A stretch of DNA of 64,000 nucleotides from Heterodontus francisci (taxonomy: Eukaryota): NCBI RefSeq assembly GCF_036365525.1, contig NC_090416.1, forward strand, positions 14,790,945 through 14,854,944, read 5' to 3'. The notes under the pieces were generated by a model, which worked only from the letters and a program-made list of their open reading frames with translations, had not been told where the DNA came from and did no database searches. Both the position numbers and the translations under genes were made by a program. Shown piece after piece: positions 51,701 through 64,000 of this stretch; the first letter of the stretch is position 1; each line of letters starts with the position of its first letter.

Positions 51701-53220
51701 GAACCAGTAGCCAAGGGCTATCAGCAGCGAATTGTGCTTTTTGATTCGAAGTCACTAAGCACGAGTGCCAGTGAGGCCCATGCTTTAACTGGGAAATTCA
51801 CAATCGTGAGGTGCTGGAGGAGAGTTGAAGGGTTCACCAGTGTCACCACACTAAAAGTTTCTTTCAATTATTTGGCCCTAAACTGCTCATGATTCAGCGG
51901 AAATCAATACCAGTTCAACAGCCTCCAAAGGACAGTAGGAGGCAGAATGTCTCTGTATTTAATCTGTGCTCAAGGGGTGTGCATTTCGAGACTGGGAAAT
52001 TACACAGAATTACATCGAAATTACAGCACAGAATCAGACCATTCGGACTATCTGAATCGTGCTGGTGTTTCTGCTTCACACGAGCCTCCTCCCTCTCCTC
52101 TTCATCTCACCTATCAGCACATCCTTCTATTCCTTTCTCCGTCGTGTGCTTGTCCAGCTTCCTCTTAAATGCATTACTGCTATTCACATCAACCACTCCT
52201 TTGGTATAGAGTTCCACATTCTCATCACTCTCTGAGTAAAGAAGCTTCTCCTAAATTCCTGATTGAATTTATTAGTGTCTATCTTATATTAATGGACCCT
52301 AGTTTTGGTCTCCCCAACAAGTGGAAACATCCTTTCTACGTCTCCCCGATTGAAATCTTCATATTTTTGAAGAGTTCCAGCCTGTGTCACATTTCACAGA
52401 GCTTACCCCCCACCTACCCAACTTGATTAGCTCAAATGTTCATCCAAAATAATACAAGTACATTGAAAAAAAGTTTCAAACCATGCTTTCAGGGGTTTAC
52501 ACACAGACACATCAAAAACAAAGCAAAATACTGCAGATGCTGGAAATGTGATATCAAGGCAAAAATGATGGAAATACCCAGCAGGTCAGGCAGCATCTGT
52601 GGAGAGCGAAATAACTTGCATTTATAAAGCGCCTTAGACTTAGTAATATCTCGCAAGGCGCCTCACTGGAGAGTTATTCTGACCAAATGTGACACCGAGC
52701 CACAGAAAGATATTTTAAGTCAGGTGACCAAAAACTTGGTCGGGTTTGAGTTGCACCTTAAAGCAGGAGAGAGAGGCGGAGAGGTTGAGGGAGGGTATTG
52801 CAGAGCTTAGGGCCCAGGCAGCTGAAGGCACAGCCGCCAGTGGTGGAGTGATGGGAATCGGGGGATGCACAAGAGGCCAGAATTGGAGGAGAGCAGAGAG
52901 CCAGGACAGTTGTAGGGGTTGAGGAGGTTACTAATATAGGGAGGGGGGTGAGGACCATGGAGAGAATGGAATAATGGATGATAATTTTAAAATGGAGGCA
53001 CTACCAGACAGGCAACCAATGCAGAACAGCGAGTGCACGGAGGTGATGGGTGAATGGGACTTGGTGTGAGTTAGGACATGAGGCAGCAGCGTTTTGGATA
53101 AGCTGAATATGGTAGGTTGGCCAGACTTTCAGGTCGCTGACCTTTCAGCAGCTCTGATGAAAGGCCATCGAGCTGAAATATTAACTTTGTTTCACTCTCT
53201 ACAGATGTTACCTGACTTGA

Positions 53221-54340
53221 TGAGGTGAGAGTGATTGCCTTGGATATCAAGGCAACATTTGACTGACTGTGGCATCAAGGAGCCCTCACAAAACTGATGT
53301 CAGTTGGAATTAAGAAGTATATTCTCCACTGTTGGAAGTCATACGTAGCACAATGGAAGATGGCTGTAGTTGTTGGAGGCCAAACGTCTCAGTCCCAGAA
53401 CATCACAGCAGGAGTTCCTCAGGGTAGTGCCCTAGGCCCAAACATCTTCAGCTGCTTCATCAATGACCTTCCCTCCATCAAAAGCTCAGATGTAGGGCAT
53501 GTTTGCAGATGATTGCATGATGTTCAATACCATTCACAACTTCTCAGATACTTAAGCAGTCTGTGTCCATATACAGCATCGCTGGTTTGGGCTGAGAAGT
53601 GGCAAACAACATTCGCCCCACACAAATGCCAGGCAATGACAATCTCAAAAAGAGAGGAACAAATTATCTCCCCTTGACATTCGCCGGCATTACCATCACC
53701 GAATCCCCCACTAGTCACACCTTGGGGCTTCCAATTGACCAGAACCTGAACTGGAGCAACCATATAAATATGGTGGCTAAAAGAGCAGGTCTGGGAATTC
53801 TGACCCTCCAACGTCTTTACACGAACCACAAGGCAAAATTCAGGAGTGTAATGAAATACTCTCCGCTTGCCTGGATGAGTGTGGTTCCAACAACACTCAA
53901 GAAGCTCGACACCATCCGGAAAAAGCAGCCCGCTAGATGGGCACCCCATCTACCACCTTCAACATTCACTCCCTCCGCCACTGAAGCACATATCATGTTC
54001 AAGATGCACTGCAGCAGCTCACCAAGGCTCCTTCAACAGCACCTTCCAAGTCCACGACCTCGACCATCTAGGAGGACAAGGGTAGCAGGTGCATGAGAAC
54101 ACCACCACCTGCAAGCTCCCCTCCAAGTTGCACACCATCCTGTCTTCGAAATATAACGGGCGTTCCTTCAATTGTGGCTGGATCAAAATCTTGAAACTCC
54201 CTTCCTAACAGCACTGTGCGTGTACCCACACCAGATGGACCATGGCGGTTTAATAAGGCAGCTCAGCACCACCTTATCAAGGGCAATTAGGAATGGACAA
54301 ATACTGCTAGCCTTGCCAGCGACGTAAACATCACACGAAA
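53221..54340 (+). mobile_element. Decayed non-LTR RT fragment including its 3' end (duplicate of 20082-20970)
   Basis: GVPQGSALGPNIFSCFINDLP, FADD, LGLPIDQNLNW; continues into a 3' end that is missing in unit 1. Confidence 0.85.
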
Positions 54341-54459
54341 GAATGAAAACAAACCAAATCCCTTTGATCACCTTGGAAGGTGCAGCGTCAGAAACAAGAA
54401 GCATCCCCACCCCGTGGCAATCGGATGCAACTGCAAGGGCAAGAACTTGACTCGCCTGA

Positions 54460-55180
54460 ACATACGAACACACGAATTCGGAGCAGGAGTAGACCACTCG
54501 AACCCTCGAAACTCCTCCGCCATTCAACAAGATCATGGCTGATCTGATTGTAAACTCAACTCCACATTCCCGCTTATCCCCAATAACCTTTCACCCGCTG
54601 CTTATCAAGAATCTATCTACCTCTGCCTTAAAAATATTGAAGGACTCTGCTTCCTCCGCCTTTTAAGGAAGAGAGTTCCAAAGACTCGTGACCATCTGAG
54701 AGAAAACACTTCTCCTCATCCCTGGCTTAAATGTGCAACCCCTTATTTTTAAAGAGTGGCTCTTAGTTCTAGATTCTCCCGCAAGGGGAAACGTTCTTTC
54801 CACATCCACCCTGTCAAGAACCCTCAGGATCTTGTATGTTTCGATCAAGTCGCCTTTACTCTTCTAAACTCGAGCGGATACAAGCCTAACCTATCCAACC
54901 TTTCCCCATCAGACAACCCACTCATTCCAGGTATTAGTCTAGTAAACCTTCCATTTATGTTTCCTCTCTGTTTCCGGTTAGCTAGGCAATCTTCTATCCA
55001 TGCCAAAATGTTACCACCTATACCATGAACTTTTATTTTCTACAATAAATTTCGATGTGGCACTTTATCAAATGCCTTCTGGAAATATAAGTACCATACA
55101 TCCACCAATTCCCCTTGATGCCCAACGCACAGAAAGTTGTTAAACTTGATTTTCCTTCACCAAAATCATGTTGACTCTGC
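54460..55180 (-). mobile_element. CR1-clade LINE 3' fragment (present only in unit 2)
   Basis: IETYKILRVLDRVDVERTFPL..SLWNSLP. Confidence 0.75.
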
Positions 55181-58100
55181 CTCTTGTCTCTTCTCAGCCC
55201 CTCCCCAAGACATCATGTGGGAAGCTCTCGATTGCTGGATCCTATTAGGGCCGAGAGAAGACCCTCGTAGACTAGTTGTTGGCACCCACCATATAACCCT
55301 TTTAACACCATGACACCGTCAAGCAATGATCCATGAGGCATCAAGGGATTATATTGTTCTCTAGTCTTTCAGTCATGCACAGTTACAAGATTCATACAGA
55401 AAATAATGGAAAATGTTAACGTGACAAGGGAAGTGGGGAGTTCAGCTTTCTCAAGCTTTGTTTTGATGTTATGTTCTCTAGACCCGTGATTGATAGCACC
55501 AACAGTATGAAGTTGATGGAATGAACGCAGCTTGTTCTGACAAAAAGAGGGGCATGTATTGATACAGCAGCATTATAATTTCAGGGTGTCTCAAAGCGCT
55601 TTACACCCAATGAAGTATTTTTTAAAGAGTAGTCACTGTTGTAATATAGTCTGCACGGCTGCCAATGTTTGCACAGCAAGATCCCACAGACAGCAATGTG
55701 ATCATTTCCTTCTTATTACTGAATGGGATGTGAGCCTCGCTGGCAGGATCAGTATTTATTTCCTATCCCTAATTGCCTTTGAGAAGGTGGTGGTGAGCTG
55801 CCTTCTTGAATCACTGCAGACCATAAGTTGTAGCTACACCCATAGCGCTGTTGGGGAGATGGTTCCAGAATATTGACTCAGGATTTTGTTCCAGAATAAT
55901 GAGCCAGATAACCTGTTTTAGTGATGTTGTTTGAAGGATCAATATTGAACTCCCCGTCTCTTCTATGTTCACCTGAGACGGAAGACAGTTCTAATCTCAG
56001 AGAGCAAGAGAGCCAGATAGCTGGAAAGTCAGGTAGGAGAGGCAGATAGAAAGACTGTGAAAGAGATAGATGAAGGACAAGAAATACATAGCAGGTCATT
56101 CATATCTTTAAACGACGGAGAAAGGGTAATATTTAAGATGTAAACTTTATTTTAATGAGAATTGAAAATTGAAGGGTAAGTAAACCCCTTCCTAGGGCTG
56201 AGAGAATCTGATCAGCGAGCAGAAGCTAATGAGTTAAATGACCTGCAAACTGCGCAATAGAGAAGCAGGGATTGTAAAATGGCAATCGAACTGGGGCAAT
56301 GACGAGACATCAACTAAATCAAAACTCATAATGAAAGACAGGGAGGCCGCGGGGTATGAACTGGATGCAAGAAATACTGAATGTGTGTGAAAGCTTGGTG
56401 TGTGGGAAACGTCCGTGCGTAACAGGTTGACAAGCAACTCGTAGTGGCTTGCAATCTTGATCCAGATGTGTTAGAATTAATGTGTGGATTCCTGTAAAGG
56501 GTACATGCTCTGCTCTCATGCTAGTGACATGACGAGAAAGTATTGAGTAATGTTGGTCAATAGTGGATACGATCCAGGAAGACTTTTCTATTAGAGGGGT
56601 GAGTAGATATTTGAGGGATGGAGAATTCAGGGCCAATGAAAGTTTAAGAATGTCATACACAAGATAAGACTCAAGGATTGTGCAGGAAGCAGACCTGAGA
56701 ACTAGAATTAACTGGATTTTAGAAAAGGAAGAGATGAACATTAATGAGAGATAATGAATTATTTTACTGTCGGCATTTCTGTATCAGCTATAAATGTGGG
56801 AATGCCCGAGGTGCTGTGAAATCCTTATTCCATAAAGAGCTATGTTCAAAGAGATTCTTAGTAGAGCATCATGACTAAGTGCATTGTGAAGTCATTTCTC
56901 GGTACCCAGATGTGAGTTCTCCTTGTAACTATACAGGCAATGTTTGCAAATTATTTGTCGATGATGTACTAGTCAAGTGTTAATGATCCCAGTCTCATTG
57001 CTGAGCCTTATTTGGAATTACGCTTATGCGTGAGCATAGTCTTACCTTGGCAAATTCCTTCAAATATTCTCCCTCCTCTCACATCAGCTCCCAGGTTTTG
57101 CAAGCACTGTACACAGAACTAAACCTGGTTGCCACTTCCTGCGTGACATGGAGCTCTGCCCTCTTGTGGTGAAGTCACTCCAGAGTGCTAAACAAGGGCA
57201 GCTGTGGCTCCGTTCCACTTCACAGACGTCAGACACTGCCGGTGCAGTGTTGAAGGGTGGTCTAATTGACGTGCTTAAGATGGTTAAAGGAATTGTTCGG
57301 GTAGATAGAGAGAAACTATTTCCTCTGGCGTGGGAATCCAGACTGAGCGGGATAACATTAAAATTAAAGCCAGGCTGTTCAGGGGTGATGAGTGGAAGCT
57401 CGTCCTCATACAAAGGGGTGTCAAAGTCATGAACTCTCTGACCCAAAAAACTATTGTTGCTGGGGGTCAATTGAAATTGTCAAAACTGAGGTAGCTAGAG
57501 TTTTTATTTGGTAACGGGATTAAGGGATAATGATCCACGCAGGGTCAGTAGTATTAGGACACAGATCAGGCATGATCTAACTGAATGTGGAAACAGGCTC
57601 GAGGGGCTGAAGGCCTCCTCTCGTTTCTATCAAAATGGTTAATATCCGGGAATCCTGCAATGAACAGCATGTCTCCTCTGTTTCGGTGGTATTAGATTTC
57701 ACCTGAGCAATAACACGCATTAATGGGCATGGTTGACGGGGACACTGCTCTCAGGCTGTTTATGAAACCATCCGATCTGCAAATCTGCGGGGACCACTCA
57801 CTGGAGGGAATCGAGTCCAGGGCAAATTGACCTTTTAGGCTTGTACTACCTCACCTTCAGCACGAGAGGGCACCAAACAGCAGCACTCGATTGAAATTCA
57901 CATTTCCGGTCCAAGCTGCCAGTTTTTCTATAAACAATTACCAACACAAAAATTCTGATAACAATGGCAAACCAAGGGAAATCCAAGTACTTTTTACATG
58001 TGGTGAGAGTTTCTGCCTCTACCACCCTTTCACACAGTGAGTTCCAGGTCCCCACCACCCTCTGGATGAAAAATGTTTTCCTCATCTCCCCTCTAATCCT

Positions 58101-59358
58101 TATGTCAATTACTTTAAATCTATAATCCTTTGTTGTTGATCCCTCTTGGGTAGTTCTTATTTACTCTGTCTAGGCTCGTAATTTTGTACACCTCAATGAA
58201 GTTGCACCTCAGCCTCCTGTGTTCCAAGGAAAACAATCCCAGCCTCTCCAATGTTCCCTCATAGCTAAAAGTCTCCAGTCCTGGCAACATCCTCGTAAAT
58301 CTCCTTTGCACCTTTTCCAGTGCAATCACATCTTTCCTGCAATGTGGTACACAGTACTCAAGCTCTGGACGAGATTTGGTAGTGAGGTATTCGGTTAGTT
58401 AATTCTATTTCTCCAGATTCACTTGTGCGAACAGTTGAGTACCTGAATGGTTCCGGAAATTATAAATGGGGATTATGCACAGCACTAAGTTGAACTTGGT
58501 TCACTCCAGTCTCTTGAACTTTTGGGTCCCTGTTTAGTGGTTCCACTTGAACCAATTACAATTAAACCAGAAATGTGCAGAGTGAAATAATTCATTTGCT
58601 CCCATTATTGATAGGACTCCCCCTTTTCCAATATATTCTCGTTCTTACATCTGTTTCTTGCACTGTCCTGGAGCCTTATCTGATTCTCTGTTAAATTCGT
58701 GACCCTTCTTCATTCATTCTGAATTCTCCATGCCTCAAACGTGTGCTCAACCCTGTTACAGATCAGTTTTATTGGATACTATCCACTATTGTCCAATAGT
58801 AGCGAATATGTTTCCAATTGGAGTGCAGACCAGAATTAGAGGCTATCAATATGAGACTTTCAGTAATAAATGCAATCGGAAATTCAGCTGATACATCTTT
58901 ACTTGCAGAGTGGTGAGAAAGTAGAACTTGTTACCACAGGGATTGGTTCAGGTGAACAGCAGAGATGCATGTAAGGGAAAGCTGGATAAACACATGAGGG
59001 AGAAAGGGATCGAAGGATATGCTGGTGGGGGCGAAATGAAGAGGGATGGGATGAGGCCCGAGTGGAGCAGAATGGATCAGATGGGCCGAATGGCTGATTC
59101 TGTGCTGTTTATTTTATGTCATTTTCTCGATAATGGGCCAGTTCACCTTTCCTGATAGTTATAACTTCTCAATTCTTGTATCATACTAGTGAGTCTTTAT
59201 TGCACCTTCTGCAGTGCCTCTATATTCTTTCTATAACGTGGAGGCCAGAACTGTGCACTCCAACTCCAAGTGTGGTCTAATTAATAGGAGCAGTAACGAC
59301 GGTCTTTATGTAAAACAGAAACTGTATGTGTGCGTATCAGCAGTCGATCTTGTAAAAA

Positions 59359-59372
59359 CAGGAAACCCACAG
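59359..59372 (+). promoter_or_regulatory. Conserved ETS/RUNX-like promoter element upstream of B2
   Basis: CAGGAAACCCACAG 169 bp upstream of the ATG at 59528. Confidence 0.55.
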
Positions 59373-59527
59373 AGAGCTCTCTACTTTGGCACTATTTATC
59401 GGCCACAGAGGCCAATTTCCGCAATCCGCTCTTCATATCACACCTCCTTAAGCACCGGTAGAACGAGAGCGATTTCTTTGTGAGTTACTGACCGGTAACT
59501 CAGAGATCACCGTCTGGGTCACGAAGA

Positions 59528-61803
59528 ATGAGCCTCCTCGGTGTCTGCGCTTTGTCGCATCTCATCCAGGGTGAGATATCCTGACATATTCTGATAGAGT
59601 GGAGAAGCGTTTGGATAGAGTAAATAAGAAGGGTTTGAATTGAGAAAATAAGGAGAAACTGTTTCCACGGGAAGGAGGTTCGGTAACCAGAGGGACAGAG
59701 ATTTAAGATCATTGGTAAAAGAACCAGAGGGGGAGATGAGGAGAATTTTTTTTTAACACAACGAGTTGTTGTGATCTGGAATGGGCTGCCTGAAAGGGCG
59801 GTGGTAGCAGATTCAATAGTAACTTTCAAACGGGAAATTGGAGAAATATTGGAAGGCGAAACGTTTGCAGGTCTATAGGGGAAGAACAATGGAGAGTGGG
59901 GACGAATTGGAAAACTCGGCCAAAGAGCCAGCACAGGAACGATGGGCCGAATGGCCTCCTTCTGTTCTGTGGGATTCGATGAGATGTAATTACACCCGCA
60001 ATTTTAATATAACAAACAAATTTATTCCGCTAAGTTGAAAACTATGTTCTCCAGTCAATGACAATACAGCGACATGAAATTGGATCACTAACTTCCGTGA
60101 ATGGAATTAATCCGAAACTGAATTTCCTCCTGGTAGATGAGGGAAATCATAGCTGGAAAATGTAGCTTTGAAACAGGCTCTTTAAATCTCAACTTCAGAC
60201 AGTTTCCATGTTCCTCCCCAGTGAGCAAACTAGCTTTGGCGGTGAATGGACTCGGTCTGCGCCTTTTGAAAGTGAGGGTAAAAAAGGCACAGTCAACACG
60301 GCGGGCGTACAGTTGCCCAGGATTAATAGTGCACGGGATTCACGATTTTCCGACACACGAACCAATGCGGTTTTCGACTTAATTTTATATTTTTCTTTAT
60401 CTTGGCCAAAGCATGTCTTCGGGGTCCATAACCTGACGTGAATATGTTTTGTCTCCTGTTCAGTTGTTGTCTCTCAGACCGTCTTGTCCCAGTCTCCGCC
60501 GATTCAAACAGTCCCTGTGGGAAGCCGTGTTCAATTGAATTGCCACACCGAGAAGGTGGTAGCTGGCTATGTCTTCTGGTACAGACAGCAGCACCGGAGG
60601 GATATGCAGCTCCTTTACAGAGTGGGCAAGCACTACCCTGCAGATGGAAGGTTTTCCGGTGAGGTTGATGATAAATCGGGTAATTATGCTCTGGTGAATT
60701 CAAATGTACAGAGAAATGATTCTGGGATGTATTACTGTGCAAGCCGCAATTACCAGAACATGGTCCAAATATTTGGAAATGGCTCCAAGCTGGTGGTTAC
60801 AGGTAAATCTTCACGAATATTTCATTCAGTTGGCCATTTACATATCAATTAAAATTTGTCTTTTAAAATTGTTAATCTGGGTTCCATTTTATTTCCCCAT
60901 TTTAGATGGTCCCCCGGCCGTGTTTCTCTTAACTCCGCCGCCGGCTGAAATTTCCTCCATGGAAAGGGTCCCATTGATGTGTTTGGTAAGAGGCCTGTCT
61001 CCCCATTCCCTTCCCATCCTCTGGAATGTTTCCGGACAGGTTACCGACGGACAGACCGATTCTGGGACAATAGACGAGGACGGGACATACAGTATCAGGA
61101 GTCACATCAGTGTGCCGACGGAAACTTGGAGCAGCGGCGTTGTCTGTACTTGCACTGTTCAAATCAACTCTACAGAGAATCTTATCAGTGAAAATATATC
61201 ATCTCAGAGAGGTAACTATTAACAGTGAATCTTTAATGCTGATGTGAGGCTGCTTTTCCAACAGTAAAACTTTGTACAGTATAAGCCTCTCTCTTTCCAT
61301 ACATCCATACATAATGATCTCATCATCGACCTATCGCATATCATTATTCAGTGTTTATCTTTCCGATTTTTAAATCCATTTGTATTCTGTACCCCAGAGA
61401 GATGTGGTTGCTCAGACATTGAGTGTATTCCAAGCAGAGGGTGATAGATTATTTGTTACTAAGGGAATTAAGGAATATGGGAATTCAACGGGATAATGGA
61501 GTAGAGGCAGATGCTTACCTGTGATATTATTGAATGGGGCAGCAGATTTGGTGGGCCGAATGGCCTACTCCTGCTCCCATATTTTAAGTTCTACTGTCCC
61601 GCTGGGCCATACGTTCATGATTTGAGATTACTGTGTTCTGATTTGTCAGTGCGTAAATTTGGAAGATGTGATTATATTTCCAATCCGCCACTTTCTCTCC
61701 ACGTGTCTGTATATAATTATCTATTAATCTGTCTGTCTGTCTGTCTACTTAATATTCACAAAATTTCGGTCTGCCCTAGTTAAATAGTATGGCATAAAAT
61801 ACC

Positions 61804-61858
<55 letters not shown>

Positions 61859-63458
61859 CTTCATATCTATCCATTCTGTTCTCATTAAGATGTGTGGTAT
61901 AAGATACCTACTCGATCTGTCTATCTCTGTATCTATATCTCTCCTCTATCTCTGTATCTGAGTCTATATCTATAGCTCCTTCTGTCCCTGTATCTATCTC
62001 TCTATCCATCTTTCCCTGTATCTATCTCTCTATCCAACTCTCTATCTATCTTTCTGGTTCTATATCTATCTCGCNNNNNNNNNNNNNNNNNNNNNNNNNN
62101 NNNNNNNNNNNNNNNNNNNNNNNNNNNNNNNNNNNNNNNNNNNNNNNNNNNNNNNNNNNNNNNNNNNNNNNNNNNNNNNNNNNNNNNNNNNNNNNNNNNN
62201 NNNNNNNNNNNNNNNNNNNNNNNNNNNNCAGAGGCGCAAGGGGAGAGCCAACTGTGTAACAGCCCCGACAAACAAATTTTTCTGCAGCACCAGTGGAAGG
62301 GCCTGTCACTCTAGAATTGGCCTTCATAGCCACTCCAGGCGCTGCTCCACACACCACTGACCACCTCCAGGCGTTTACCTATTGTCTCACGAGATAAGGA
62401 GGCCAAAGAAAGATCTATCTATCCACCTCTATTTACTGAACTATCTATTCCTCACTCTATATATAAATCTCGATCTCAGTATCACAATCTCTCTCTTGTT
62501 TAAACTTCTGCATAACATATCTGCTCCTTTTAGGGAAGGTTGAAGTTGTAAAACCAATTTCTGATTTGCGTGAGAAATTGCACATTTAGGATAGTCAAAT
62601 TTCTTCACCTGTTTAACTATTTTTCACACATGTCTTTAATGATTTTTTTAGCAGTGTTTTCGCTACACGCCCCTTGCGCTTTACCGATTTACGGGAGTTT
62701 GTCTGCGGCGGCGCTTCTTCTTCTCGGGATGGTTGTGTTCACCGCGGGAAGAAGCTGCAGGAAGCGGCAGTCAGGTACCGATTGTCGGGTGGCGCTGCAA
62801 CTCGGCGGCGCTCTCAATCCATCCATTTATTATTGTGTTATTTGCTCTTTATACGTTAGCGGACTGGTTCAGTGTGAAATGTGGACATTTCGACTCAGGT
62901 TACGTTTCTTTTTCGATCAGGCAATATGAACAGTGATGATGAGCTGATGGATTCCAGACCACGTGCACAAGAAAAGGAGGTAAATATGAATAGAATTGTT
63001 ACTATTATATTTCACTAATTTTTAATCCAAATTTTAAGATTCATAGTTATTGTCATATGCGTCTAGAAAGCTTGCGTACAGGGGGCAGAATCTTAAAATG
63101 AGAGCCAGGATGTTCAGGGGTGATGTCAGGAAGCACTTTTTCACACAAAGGGGAGTGGAAATCTGGAACTCTCTCCCCGCAAAAAACTGTTCCGCCTGGA
63201 GGTCAAATGGAAAATGTCAAACCTGAGAGTGATAGATTTTTGTTGGGTAATGGGTTTAAGGGTTACAGAACCAAGGCGGGTGGATGGAGTTAAGATACAG
63301 ATAGGCCATGATCTAATTGAATGGCGGAACAGACTGGAGGGGCTGAATGGCCTCCTCCTGTTCCTCTGATGATTGTCTGGGTTTACAATAATGGTTTCTG
63401 TTTTCTCTCACAGACACTTTATGCTCGCCTGGCGGTTAATGAGGATCCCACACTCTGA
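59528..63458 (+). CDS. Type B non-rearranging VJ-C1-TM Ig-superfamily receptor, copy B2 (303 aa)
   Basis: Exons: leader 59528-59570, VJ 60464-60802 (..YYCASRNYQNMVQIFGNGSKLVVT), C1 60906-61211, TM 62655-62774, cytoplasmic 62921-62979 and 63414-63458 (TLYARLAVNEDPTL*). Same sizes as B1. An N-gap lies in the C1-TM intron. Confidence 0.83.
61804..62074. repeat. (TCTA)n microsatellite and degenerate tract in the B2 C1-TM intron
   Basis: Direct reading; runs into the N gap. Confidence 0.92.
62075..62228. other. Assembly gap (154 N)
   Basis: Run of N. Confidence 0.99.
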
Positions 63459-64000
63459 TGGGAAAAGGAAGCGCTCACACTCTGCTTCCGGGATATGACG
63501 TGTTGTAGAAAGTTTCCTCTGTTTGGCCGAGGAGTCTTTCAGTCCAACAGAAGCAATTTCCACCAAATTTGGGCGCAATTTTCCGATTGCACCCAAAATG
63601 GAATCTGTGAATTCCATCCGAATGTCGCTGTTTTAACGATGATATGTCGCCTGCAGTTTCATTTCAGTCTCGAGATCTTTCCACTTTCTTGGATTGGTGA
63701 TTTTTAATTGTATTGTACATCTTAATACACCATGTGAGCGGGATATCGTTCAAACAATCTTTGCAATGTATCAGTGTCCGAGTTACAAATGCATTAAAGG
63801 AGATTTAGAAACCAATGATAGGGTTTGTGATTCCAGTTGTTTAGTGGTTCAGTCTAGATTCGCTCAGGATATCTCCCAGACTTATTTACAAAGATATTTA
63901 GAGAGCAAATGTGTGCAAGTTGAAAGTGGGGAGAAGGACTGACAGGAGATTTCAGACACTGACTCGGGATTTAAGCTGCATTAATGTTCAAGCTGCAGTT

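Larger units (their letters stand above)
34094..64000 (+). repeat. Tandem segmental duplication, unit 2 (incomplete; window end corresponds to about 26983 of unit 1)
   Basis: Colinear, visibly diverged copy with substitutions and indels; terminal ..taatgttcaagctgcagt matches 26966-26983. Confidence 0.92.

Overview
Eukaryotic, intron-containing DNA, most likely from a cartilaginous fish (shark/ray), judged from V-SINE/HE1-type SINEs and dense CR1-clade LINE fragments. The window holds about 1.9 copies of a ~34-36 kb tandem segmental duplication (unit 1 about 1-34093; unit 2 from about 34094 to the window end). Each unit carries a cluster of immunoglobulin-superfamily genes built like antigen-receptor chains but not rearranging: leader, one exon with a germline-fused VJ domain, one C1-set exon, a stalk with one Cys plus an uncharged TM, and small cytoplasmic exons ending in one ITIM/ITSM-like tyrosine motif. 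By reading splice sites and phases I reconstructed four apparently intact genes: type A on the minus strand (5607-10123 and 39177-43889; 8 exons, 341 aa) and type B on the plus strand (23057-26440 and 59528-63458; 6 exons, 303 aa). Also present: a type C gene (32449-36352) with a TGA in place of the first V-domain Cys, no TM exon and a candidate secretory terminal exon; the 3' end of a second type C copy at the window start; and three decayed remnants (D1, D2, E). No RSS-flanked V/D/J segments were seen. The labels A-E are mine, and all gene models are by-eye predictions without transcript support.
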